Origin: Raillietiella orientalis
Taxonomy: Eukaryota
Assembly (NCBI GenBank): GCA_036172245.1
Contig: JAYWIR010000034.1
Location: 1,240,001 to 1,304,000, forward strand
Direction of reading: 5' to 3'
Length of the DNA stretch: 64,000 bases
A program made the translations under genes and the position numbers. Below, one piece after another: positions 42,301 to 53,326 of this stretch. The number at the start of each line of letters is the position of its first letter. The first letter of the stretch is position 1. The notes beneath the pieces are model-generated. The model was not told the origin of the DNA, made no database searches, and saw nothing but the letters and a program-made list of their open reading frames with translations.

Positions 42301-43487
42301 AGGAAATCCTGCGTGGAAGGAGAAAGCTTTCCGAAGAGGAGCTGCTTTCATTGGACAACGTAACTGGAGAAAAAACGGAAATAATGGGGAAACAAGAAAG
42401 GGTTCGAGTTTTGAAGATAAAAGCGAGGTACTGTGCAGCTGCTCCTCCGCTTAGTAATTCCCTTTCTTCTCCTCATACGTTTCTGCTACGAAGGAGATGA
42501 CCTCGGATTCTAATGGCAAATGAAGAACGGATTTTGGATCTCATCTAAAAACTCAACAACGGACGGAGAAAACGGGGGACTCTTTGGTGCAAAAGTTTTA
42601 CATTCTTCTCCGATGATTATCTTAGCAATGTCTAACCGACATCACCTGATAACTGCGATTACATATGGCAATTACCTAATTGGATTTCACGTGACAACCC
42701 AGCTGATGACATCATCAAACGTGCATACTCAATGTTGAGTTTCAATTTTATCTGTGGTTTGTCATGATGCTTGAATCGGAAGTCGAATCTCGAAATTCAA
42801 TTTCCTATTCGTTGACCGTCAAGCCGTCTTCTCCAGGCATTGTGATCTCTCGATTTTTTTGCACGATTCGCCAATGTCCCCATAGCAGACGAGGCTTGCA
42901 AAAGGGAAACAGCCCTATTCCGTTGTCACCTCTGCCCGAGCTAAGGAAAAGTGGCACTCGAATGGCCACTGTATGGAAGCTGCTCTATTGCTCTCGAGTC
43001 TCCCTGTCATTCTGGCTCGAGGATTTCGTGATCGGCAAACACCGTCATGATGTGATGGCATGCCAATAATTTAGAGGGTGTTTAGCAGCAAGGAGATTGC
43101 AAGTGGAGATTTTTCGAATGGTGAATATAGCAATCTGTTTAGCAATTTTGCAAAATTTACGGAGGCACACTTTCATTTTTGCCCTAAAGCTGCCTACTCT
43201 CATCTCCAACACAAATAACCGTGTTCGCGTGCAGATGCAGAGTTGGCGTGCACTCTGCATGTAAAAGTGAGAGTCCGCCTTGTACTACGAGCTGTTCTTC
43301 CCGGAACGAATCGTGCACGACCGATTCAATGGCTTCACGGCTGGGCGACAGGGATAAAGCTGCCTCTCGTCTGGGAAACCAGCGCTGCCGGCACCTCTCC
43401 CTCTCCTCCCGTTGTCCCCGTGCAAACCCTTTCCTCCCCTCCGCGGGAGGAAAACGGAACTCTTCGTTAACGCGAACAAAAATCAAC

Positions 43488-43579
43488 TTCCCCAGGTGAG
43501 GCTCGAACTCACAACCCCGGCATAACTCACGGCGACTGCCTTATAAGTACCGTGCGCTAACCAATTGCGCCACTGGGGA
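43488..43579 (-). tRNA. tRNA-Ile(TAT) with 18-nt intron (43524-43541)
   Basis: TCCCCAGTGGCGCAATTGGTTAGCGCACGGTACTTATA[AGGCAGTCGCCGTGAGTT]ATGCCGGGGTTGTGAGTTCGAGCCTCACCTGGGGAA, with the intron at the canonical 37/38 position and a TTTTT terminator downstream. Confidence 0.95.
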
Positions 43580-44183
43580 ACTGAATCCGAAACCTTTAAA
43601 TAGTACACATATAGTTGGTCTCAATATGTGATATGGCATGATAACATGGCAAAATAAGCCTCAAATGTTAATGATCCTAACTTAGTCGAGGTATACCTCA
43701 GATAGTGAAAACAATTTGTCGTTTTTGGTCCTTTTCCGTTTCAACCGAGAAGCACTTGGAAAAGTTTTTTTTTTTTTTTGAAAAAGGAAAAGCATTATGC
43801 AATTGTTGTGCGCAAACACAGTTGTATGTGATGATACATTGACCTGCTCCGAAAAGGCGTGCAATCGATGGAAATTGGTGACAAATTATAAGAGAAATAA
43901 AGCATTCATGATGAAATGAGATTGTTGTATTCAGCTGCATATTTTGAAGTTGCTTTCAGATTATGAGATATTGATCCTAGTGTATTTGGAGATCGGAATC
44001 GATTTGCTATGTTGTACTTTAATGCATTAAGAAGAAATTACTATTTATGATTTTCCTCAGTATTTTCTTCGAATTATGTTGTGATGTACTTTCTGATATT
44101 TATTATTTGTACATTCGATATTTTTTAAAATTAATTTGAAACTGATGGTTCTGTATCTGTTTTCATAGTAAGTTACTTACAAT

Positions 44184-45530
44184 ATGAATAATGCTTTAGA
44201 AGCAATCAGAAATGGACTTACCTTTCGAGAAGCTCAACGGCTGTTTAATATTAATAAACATGAATTGGAAAAGTATTGGAATGAATACAAGAAAGATAAT
44301 AGTCATTTAAATAATAATTTGTGTGATGACAAAAAATATGACAGCAACAGCATTGCTTCAAATTGTCATGATGTATTGACAGAATTGACAGAAGTGGAAG
44401 AGAGTATCCTTGCTGATTATCTCAATTATGTGATTTCTCATGGATTCCCATTTTGCAAGGAAGTCATTGAGTTTTACATTAAGGAACTTGGATTCGTTAA
44501 GGATTCCTCATCAGTTAAATTTTCTTTGAATGAAGGATGGCTAGAAAGATTCCTTAATCAATATAATTTCCCCATAAACATTTGTGATAGCATAGAAGAA
44601 GCAAGGAAACAGATGTCATGCAAAAGCTCTTTAAAAAGATTTTTCGCATTGCTAAAAAAAAATCTAGAAACTTATAACTTGTTTGATAAGCAGTCTCAAA
44701 TATGGTTTAGTGAGGAAAATAGTTTTGAAGATAGGATGCATGAAAAATTTGATTTTGGTGTTGGCTTCAAGCACACTTATTTGAAAGAAGTGATGAATAA
44801 AGAAAAGATTGTAATAAATTTATCTTTGAATGCATCTGGAAAAATGTTGCCACCAATGATAGTTTTTGGCGAATTGAAAGAGGATCCTAATATGTTTTCA
44901 GGTCCTAAGCAATCTCTTTATGCATTTTGCAACAAAGGATTTGATGATATTGAACTTTGTCATCAGTGGTTCAGGCACTTTTTGCATTTTGCAAGTGAGG
45001 AACGCCCATTGTTATTAATTCAAGATCAAATGAGCTTTCATCTTGCTCCAAGTATCATTGATGTTGCAAAAAAAAACGACATAATACTATTATTTCTGCC
45101 CCTTCACTGTCATCCCATTCTTAGACCATTAGATATTTCCTTATTTATACAGACTGCAACAGTTTCTTCAGATTCTAGCTTTTGTTCAGTTTTAAGAGAA
45201 GCTTTTACTTCAATAACTCCAGAAATAATTGTGCATGGTTTCCGTAAAAATGGAATCTTTCCTTATGATCCCACACAAGTGAATCTGAACAATGTATTTA
45301 AAGTTCTTGATGAAAACCCTGTTGGTGAAAGTGAACTAAAAAAACCAAAGTTGTTACATAAACAGTTGGTTCCCACTGCTTTGCAGAATGGTAAAGATGT
45401 GTCTGACTCAGAAACAAAAGGGAGCTTTTTGAAGAATACTCAATGTAATATGGATTCTGAGATAAAATCCGATTTTACATCAGAAGATGAAGGAAAATCA
45501 AAAAACCAAACTAGTATGGAAATTTTCTAA
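44184..45530 (+). CDS. pogo/Tigger (HTH-psq + CENP-B HTH + DDE_1)-derived protein, probably domesticated
   Basis: Intact 448-aa ORF: ALEAIRNGLTFREAQRLFNI (psq HTH), LTEVEESILADY..GFP..GWLERFL (CENP-B HTH), NASGKMLPPMIVF, RPLLLIQDQMSFH, LFLPLHCHPILRPLD. The first catalytic motif (NxDET) reads WFSEENS. No flanking TIRs seen; AATAAA at 45630. Confidence 0.85.
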   Translation: MNNALEAIRNGLTFREAQRLFNINKHELEKYWNEYKKDNSHLNNNLCDDKKYDSNSIASNCHDVLTELTEVEESILADYLNYVISHGFPFCKEVIEFYIKELGFVKDSSSVKFSLNEGWLERFLNQYNFPINICDSIEEARKQMSCKSSLKRFFALLKKNLETYNLFDKQSQIWFSEENSFEDRMHEKFDFGVGFKHTYLKEVMNKEKIVINLSLNASGKMLPPMIVFGELKEDPNMFSGPKQSLYAFCNKGFDDIELCHQWFRHFLHFASEERPLLLIQDQMSFHLAPSIIDVAKKNDIILLFLPLHCHPILRPLDISLFIQTATVSSDSSFCSVLREAFTSITPEIIVHGFRKNGIFPYDPTQVNLNNVFKVLDENPVGESELKKPKLLHKQLVPTALQNGKDVSDSETKGSFLKNTQCNMDSEIKSDFTSEDEGKSKNQTSMEIF

Positions 45531-45825
45531 CAGTCATATTTTCTCATATATGTATTTGCACACAAAGTATGTTTAATAATTAAAACTATTAAGTGCAATG
45601 GTTAATCATATTCGCAAATTTATATATTTAATAAAGCATAATTATTTTCTTGACTTTTTGTTCACATAGTTTGCTGTTTGAGAAACTTTCATGTAATTAT
45701 TTTTTTTTTAAATCATTGCAATTAAAGTAAAGACAAACATGCAAATGTTTTGCATGCTGAATGTACTATGTAACAAATTAAATGCATATAGCCTTGCATA
45801 TTGTCATGTTTGGCCTATGCTATAG

Positions 45826-47193
45826 GGGCACGCAAAAGAAGAAAAAGAGGTCCAAGTGGATCATCTCATGTTGCATCACGTGCAGTTAATCATGACCATG
45901 CTTCCAAATCCAAATTAGAAAAGTTTGAATCTAGTCCTGAGTCTTTGTATCAACAACAATCTTTCAAAGAAATGCTTAAACAGTATCCTTGCCATCAGAT
46001 TGACAAAGACAATAAAACAACTTATGAAGATGTTCTTCTATACACATACAACCGTGTGTGTACTCTCAAGTGGTTAATTGATGCTAATCTAATAGCTGAA
46101 AGTAGAAAATGTGAAATTTGTGAACAAGAGATGGATTTGCAAGCAGTAAAACAGGATTCCACCTGGCAAGATGGCTTTGTTTGGGCATGCAGAAAGTAAT
46201 TTTCATTCTCCTGATCGCAGCTGTCTTGACTTATCTGATTTGTTTTTCTTTTATAAAAATATGGAACAATTTTACTTGTTGATTTGGTTTGATTTCAGAA
46301 TGCTGTATTCTATCATTTCAGAATTGCAGATAAATCACATTATATTTGTGACATCCGAAAGGGATCATGGTTGCAAAACAAGAATATCAGTTTGGAAAAG
46401 AGCATCCGTCTCACCTACATGTGGTGTACAGGTTATCCACAGGTAAACACAACATAGTAATTTTTGTCACTCATTTATATTTTGTATAGGATCTTATCCG
46501 CCATGAGTTACAGCTTCCAGCTTCCATTTGTGTTACGTGGGCTCGTCTGTGCCGTGAATATGCAGCTGATATCTGCACTAAAAGCGAAGAGATGCTGGGT
46601 GGAGAAACCACTGTCGTGGAAGTTGATCTATTGCAGGTATCAGCCAGGATGTCTGACAATGGAATAATTGAAGTAAGTGTTGATACTTGGTAACAGTATA
46701 AACTCTTTTTAGCCAGAACAATTTGTTATTGGCGGTAGTGATGTCAAGAGCCAAACAGTATTTTTGACACCACTTATTCATGATAATAGCAAAGTTATTT
46801 CCGATATTCTTAAATCATGGCTCAAGAAGGGCACTGCAATTTTCCCAGGTAATCATTTTGGTACTTTTTTTTTCTCATGTGACATTTTCCTAAGTTGGTT
46901 GGAACCATGCTGAGAAACTTGATGAGGAAGCACTAGATATGCTGGTTCATCAATACAATTTTCACTTTCTCACACAGAGTGAATACTTGAAACAGTTTGC
47001 ATCTCCTTCTAATTGGTTGCATACAAAAACAGCCCTGTTTGCCAAAGGCTCTGTGAAGGAAGAGTATTATTGGGCATATTTTGGAGAATTTTTATGGAGA
47101 CGACAGTGTCAGCAGCAAGATAAATTCCAACAATTTGTGCAACACATTGCCCAAGTGTTTCATGGTGATTTCTTGGAAGACAAGATGACATAG
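45826..47193 (+). CDS. Spliced Merlin/IS1595 (ISXO2)-like transposase-derived protein, catalytically inactive; 5' end unresolved
   Basis: Exons 45826-46195, 46322-46442, 46490-46672, 46713-46848 and 46895-47193 are joined by four frame-preserving GT-AG introns (126, 47, 40 and 46 nt). Motifs: CEIC..DGFVWACR..IRKGSW, LCREY..LGGETTVVEVD, QFVIGG, WLKKGTAIF, YFGEFLWRR..DKFQQFVQHIA. Confidence 0.85.
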
Positions 47194-50100
47194 TTTGATA
47201 GCTTTGTTTGTCAGATCTCAATTTCCAGAGATCATGTGCGTACCTGAAATATTACTCAAGTCAAAATTTGCATTTATTTTGAAAAGAAGACTGTAGTAAT
47301 AAAGAACTTTGCTTATATGGGTTTTCAATTAATGCACTATACAAGCATCGGTTTATCATCGATTTAATGTGAACTTAATAAAAGTTTGCAAAACAGTTTC
47401 TACAGCTCCTGGTTTAGGGACCTATTCATATCTGGATAACCCATAATTGACGTATCCATAAATCTATTTACGTCCAAACATGTTATGATCATATATATAA
47501 CCAATTTAAAACCTATCGTCTTTACGACTCGGAATCGCATAGACAAAATTTTATATTTATAATCGTAACCACATTTCTTCCAAAGTTACGAAATCCCAAA
47601 TAGGAAAATTCTCACATAGAAAAATACGCTTTTTGTCCTGAAAAACTGTATGCTAGGCATGTAGTGCTTCATTATTTTAAAAAACAAAACACTTTTTGAC
47701 ATTGCGCTCATACTTCAAAAACTTGAAAATTTTCTGCATGGGATAGTCTTACGTGACAACTTTAAAAATAGAGATACAAAAATTAATGTTTCACAGTATC
47801 GATGTTCATTTATCAGTAAAGAAAAGCATGATACCTAAAAGCGAGATCCCATATAATATTTACTCACAAATTCACTTCGATACGTGTTAAAAATGTAAAG
47901 CGAAAGGAAAAATTTAAATTCATCACAGGAATAGCCATTTTTCAAAATATGAACTCAATGGAGTAATAAATTTTCATTTCCTTGAGAGAGCATAAATCGT
48001 GTTGGACTCACGACTGAACGTCTATAATCAGCATAAGAATCATATCTTTAGATTTCTTTGAATTTTTGAATTTCAGTCATCAAAGATGATTCTCGAATCT
48101 CAGACAGATTTCTAAAACTGTATTTGAAATTTTCCTTGTGTGCTTTCTACTCCAGAAAGCAGACGGTAAAAGATTTCAGATTTAAATGATTCTATTACGT
48201 TCAGAGTTTACAAATATAGGAGCAGGGATTTTGAATTATGTCTACTGCTTTATTTTAGGAAAGCGTTTTAATAACTGCAATAGTAGTTATTTTATAATTT
48301 TGAATCGTAGTACAAGTTTATACAATTATTATATCAATATTATATCATGAAAATATCTTAGAGTACTATTGGATTTACTTTCGAATGTTTGTTTCATATC
48401 TGAAACTTTATGATGATTATCTAAGACAAAATAATTAATCAAAAAGAAGAAAGAAATGAAATTCCATAAAAAAACATAGGTAGATATTCGAGAATACAGC
48501 TTATAATTAAGCATAAGTCATGGATCACTGTCTGTAGAATAAATTCTAAGGATATAATCTGCAAGTTTGAAATAGCCTGACAGAAAATTCCAAATGATTT
48601 TGGAGAATAAATTACGCAAGATGCAATTTGGCTGGACGAAATTTCTCAAATTTAATGTATAAAGCCAAAAACTTCCCTAAAATGTTTCCTATCGGTTGAA
48701 TTTTCATTCCACATTCATGGGTCAACCATTTGAAGGTCAATTTCAATGAAAGAAGTTTCATAGTATCGTATAGTATTAGCAGCTGCTTTTAAAATCAAAA
48801 AGCTTAGAAAAAACTCCTATAATAGGGTTTGATTTCAGCCATTTCTTAAAGTATCATTTACACGGTTATCACAAAAGTCAAAAAATAACAGGCTTTTGAG
48901 GATGAATTGAAAATAATGCGAGAAAATAGGAAAGGATTACTGGCCTAGACAACCTTTATAAAGTGAGTGAGACGAAATCAAAAGGAAATCTAATTGCATT
49001 TAAATGAAGCAAAAACACATTGCTTGGAATTCAAAGTTATTTGCTACGATGTCATTGCATATTTATCAAATAAATCAAAGATCTGAATTCAGTCTGTTAT
49101 GAACGATCATCTATTCTTCTTCAAATTCGTTTCCCATCTTAGTAATTTTATATTTGATAAAAAGTTTACTTATCTTATAAGTGATTATATAATCTTAAAT
49201 TTACCAGCAGAGTCTATATTATTATTATTATTTTGCTGCAGACCTTTTAAACTCCGTATAATATATGTTAATGAGGATTTAGATCGGAGGATCTTATAAA
49301 AAAAATTGCCTAAAAATAATGTGTGGAAATGGCACTTTCTGAAAATAAAAAGACTGGTAAACAGCAACTTCATTCGAATTAGTAAACTTATAATTCTCCA
49401 AATTGAGAAAGGCAGAAATATATGTAAAAGCAGAAACTATGGAATACATTTATCCATAAAAAGTTTTAAAATGTATCACGAAAGTCCTTATTCGTCATGA
49501 TGTAATATTGTTTTTAAGGAACAAGATGAAAACTTGTCTTCGGTATGAAAATATATGCATCTTGTATCCAATCACAAAAACAGATGCAGCACATGCTTGG
49601 CATTATCAACACATTACTTTTTTTTAGATATATCAGTATATAGTTAAGAATACCAGCATATGTGTTTCATTTTTTTTAGTAAATAAAAGACTGAATTGAT
49701 AAAATACTACTATATCGATACAGTATATAATGAGTACAAGAAAACAAGCCTGTTTTGTAATACTAAAACCGCATCAGAATTTTTGTTCTCAAGTTAAAAT
49801 GGTTTTTATTTTGTATATGCATGACATTCTAACTGATATCCTGAAAAGTGTTCTAATAATTCCTGCTTAACTAAGAGCGTCACACTTATCTCACCATTAG
49901 CTTATATATAATTATTTGTAGATACTTTTTACATAGTTTGTCATGATAGCCACATGATTCACTGGAGAAAAAAAAATGCAGTTACCGCAAACATTATTAG
50001 AGGTAGGATTCCACTGTTTCAAGAGATTTCAGCACTTAGAAAGTTCTGGTTTTAATTTTCAAGTGTTTCGCAGCTCTCGTTAACTAGAAACAGGAGTATC

Positions 50101-50762
50101 TGTTTCAGACAATGAGGAGCAGAATTGAATGCCCAAACGTTACGTTGGTATGCAAATATTGCGAACATATTTAAGTATTATTATGCATGCATAATCCCCC
50201 ATCTATTAATGCACTATATAAGTCTTACAGTTCAAGTACTTCACAACTTGTTTGTAAAATCTTAGAATCAATAAGGAAGGAATAAACATTTAGAGATAAA
50301 AAAGTTCTCAACTTTATGAAGTTTAAGTGCACACATTTTTCATGGGATTATAGGAAATTTAAACTATTAATTATGTCTTTAAGTATGTCTTTATGTCTAA
50401 GCATGCTTTAATGCTAAGACAATATGTGTTTAGGTTGCAAAAATTGAAATAACTGTACTATGGAAGTGGAACATTGAAAGAGCCGAACTGACTTTTGTAT
50501 GGTTCAGGAAGTCTGTCCACAGTCATTTAGGGCTCTTTCCATGTGGAAACTCGTATCTGAAATGGCGTTGTCCTCATTTCGTGTGTGAATGTGTATTAAT
50601 GGTAGAGTGGAAGGCATCCAAACGTATACTCCAAAAGTTCGGTGAAAATGTTGCACAAAATAAGTATATCCCTTAAGGTTTTGTGAGTGACTTTGTTCCA
50701 TGCTTTTAAATTTTGTTACAACAAAAATGTAGCTTAGGTTGGCAACATAAAAGGAAAGCAAG

Positions 50763-51468
50763 ATGCTCGTCTCAAAAGCATACGTATATGTGTTAGTTGC
50801 CCTGATAGAAGTACGTTATTCTGTCGAAAGTATTTATTCTTTAAGTGCCATGTCAATAGATGGCGAATTAATAGAAATGAAAAAATTTTATGGCAAGGTA
50901 TGGTATTTGTTCTCTAAGCACGAAATTAAATGTACACTGCAGGTTTCTTTGATAGTTAATACTGCAAGCCAGTGCAGTTTTGCAGATTCTCACTACCGTG
51001 ATTTGAAGAGGCTTCAAGACATCCTAGAATTTGGAGATTATTTCAATGTACTTGGATTTCCTTGCAATCAGTTTGGAGAGCAAGAACCCTTAGAAAATGA
51101 AGATATTTCTGAATTTCTTCGTACGCATTATTTGATTGATTTTCCATTGTTCAGCAAAATTGATGTAGTAGGGTCAACTGCCCATCCTATCTTTCGACAA
51201 CTTTATGGTAAAAACTGTTGACTCATTTCAAGTAAACAATGAAATTGCAGAACAGACATCAGTAGCTCCTGAATGGAATTTTTATAAATATTTAGTGAAC
51301 CATGAAGGACATGCTACTAATGTCTGGGGACCAAAAATACCAGTGAGTGACATATTTGAATCTGTGGACAATGCTATACGTGTAGCCAAATCAGCAAACT
51401 TAACGGTTCCAATAATTCAGAGTGAAAACCACGTTCCAATTACATTTTCAAGTCGAGAAGAACTATAG
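50763..51468 (+). CDS. GPX7: Cys-type glutathione peroxidase, GPx7-like (ER)
   Basis: Exons 50763-50897, 50943-51207 and 51251-51468. Hydrophobic signal peptide, VNTASQC (Cys, TGC), LGFPCNQFGEQEP, FSKIDVVG, PEWNFYKYLV and a C-terminal REEL ER-retention motif. Confidence 0.92.
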
Positions 51469-51486
51469 ACTAATTTTGCAAATTTA

Positions 51487-51555
51487 TTGATGGCTCCATG
51501 CATCAGAAAAGAGGATCTGAAAAGTTTGTCCACAATTCTTCATTAAGAAGCTCAA
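51487..51555 (-). promoter_or_regulatory. Candidate SECIS element (type II-like) in the SPS 3' UTR
   Basis: Minus strand: UUGA-GCUUC-UUA-AUGAA-GAAUUGUGGA-C-AAA-CU(UUUC)AG-A-UCCUCUUUUC-UGAU-GCAU-GGAGC-CA-UCAA. This gives an AUGA/GA core, a ~10-bp helix II (7 Watson-Crick pairs plus 3 U-U), apical AAA with a mini-stem, and helix I. AATAAA follows immediately (plus strand 51483-51488). Confidence 0.75.
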
Positions 51556-51634
51556 CAATTGTTGCTGCTGATTAAGTCTCTAGGTTTTGTAATATATCAA
51601 AATTGTCTGTGCTTATGCTTAATGTCTGAGAGGA

Positions 51635-53326
51635 CTACCACAATTCAGCATCACGTTCTTTTTGGGGGACTTCAATAACACGTGGTTTGTCTATAATCCG
51701 GGCTGTGTGATTGCCTTTTTCCACAATCCCAATAATCCAAGCTTGATACCCTTCTTGTTTTTCGATATCTTTGCAATATGCTGCAGCTTGTTCTCGGGGA
51801 AGGCAAATTAAAAGACCTCCTGCATACAATAATAGCAATAAGACTTTATTTTCTCATAAGCTCTTACCTGATGTTTCAGGAGATAAGCCCTGCAATACTT
51901 GAAACATGCTACCACATGCTTTGGCAACAGCAGCCATCTTTGCAATGACTGGCAAATTGTGGATCACAAAAGATACATCATTTTTCTGATTACGAGCCAG
52001 ATTCATAGCATGACCAAGTAAGCCAAACCCTGTGACATCTGTTGCACCATGGGCATTGTATTTGTGCATTAGACGTGCTGCTGTGCTCATTAAGATTTAT
52101 GAGTTGTAACATTGTAAATACTGAAGTTCTTCTGATTGTAAGTCTCACCTGTACGATTCAGTCTAGCCATTGAATCCATTGCTCGGAGATAGGCCCGTTG
52201 CACATCTTCTTCAGTTACTACTAGCTTTACTCTGTTCCATCGTTCTGGTTGCTCCAGCCAGTGATGAGCATTGACTGCAACTTGAGTACCTAATGGCTTA
52301 GTCAATACAAGCACATCTCCAACAACAGCAGAGTCAGGACTAACAACTATCAATAACATCTGCTTCACACATGGAATATTAACTTACACAATAAATTCAT
52401 TTGGATGACACACAGATGTGGCTACACCTCCTATTGTACACCATGGATTCATAACTGTCTGTCCACCAGTAACCGTTGTTCCTGCTTCTAAGGCACAATC
52501 CTGTGAAACAATTTGTTTGACTTGGAGAACCAGTTCAGTAATGCAACAAAAGAACCTTAAATCCCTTCAGGATTAGTGGAATCACTACATCTCGCTCTTT
52601 TTCTGTCATCTTAGTTGAAACTCCAATCAGCATAAGCATGTTATCACACTCAGTTACACCCATGGCATACAAGTCACTTAGCACATTTGCGCATGCTATT
52701 CTACCTACATGTTAAGAAGGATGTAAAAAGTCTGAACTTTTCAATGGAATCAGTACCCATTATGTAGGGGTCATCTACTAACGGATAAAAAAAATCCGTT
52801 GTCTGTATCAATGAAAGTCCACCATTACGAAGGGGAGTTACCGAACAATCCATACCTATCCCTAGAAATTCACTGGTAAATTAATAAACAACTTTACCAT
52901 AAAAAATTAATGCAAACGATATTTAAATTGAAACTTTTTTTTTTAAATTATGGATGATCAAGCATTTGCTGATCAGAAAAACGGTCTGCATTTCTATTTG
53001 ATTTTTTTTTTCCCGAAGCTTCCAAACACCGGACGTTTCTGCAAAATCTATAACGGCTTACCTATTCTGGCAATATGCATTTGCATGAAATTGGCAGCCT
53101 GTTCGTCCTGGGCAGTATCATCCTGAAGTCCCTCCAGAAGTTTCAAAAGAATCTCCTGGGGGACTTTGCACCCTCATCCTTTTAAGTCAGTAAAACGTGT
53201 AAGTCGGAAATTGACATCCAACTCATGAGCCACAGGATCAAAAGGTTGCCTCATTGCTAATCCAGTTGCACTCAGCTCCAAACGTGCCGCAGACAGCAAC
53301 TCTTGTTTGAGGGCTGCGCTGTCCAT
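51635..53326 (-). CDS. SEPHS2: Selenophosphate synthetase (SelD/SPS) with in-frame TGA (Sec) at codon 51
   Basis: Exons 53326-53062, 52861-52757, 52704-52556, 52500-52388, 52339-52149, 52080-51868 and 51819-51635. The protein reads [79 protein letters not shown] is at 53176-53174. Confidence 0.95.
53126..53173 (-). promoter_or_regulatory. GGGTGC hexamer plus SRE-like stem-loop 3' of the SPS UGA
   Basis: UGA-GGGUGCA-AAGUCCC-CCAGGAG-A-UUC(UUUU)GAA-A-CUUCUGG-A-GGGACUU: about 17 bp of stem starting 7 nt after the UGA. Confidence 0.8.

Noticed and set aside
50763..51634. GPx as a selenoprotein or sharing the SECIS
   Set aside because: The active-site codon is TGC (Cys), and the SECIS-like geometry is only on the minus (SPS) strand.
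53174..53176. SPS pseudogene with a premature stop
   Set aside because: The TGA is exactly at the Sec position, all other exons are intact, and recoding signals are present.
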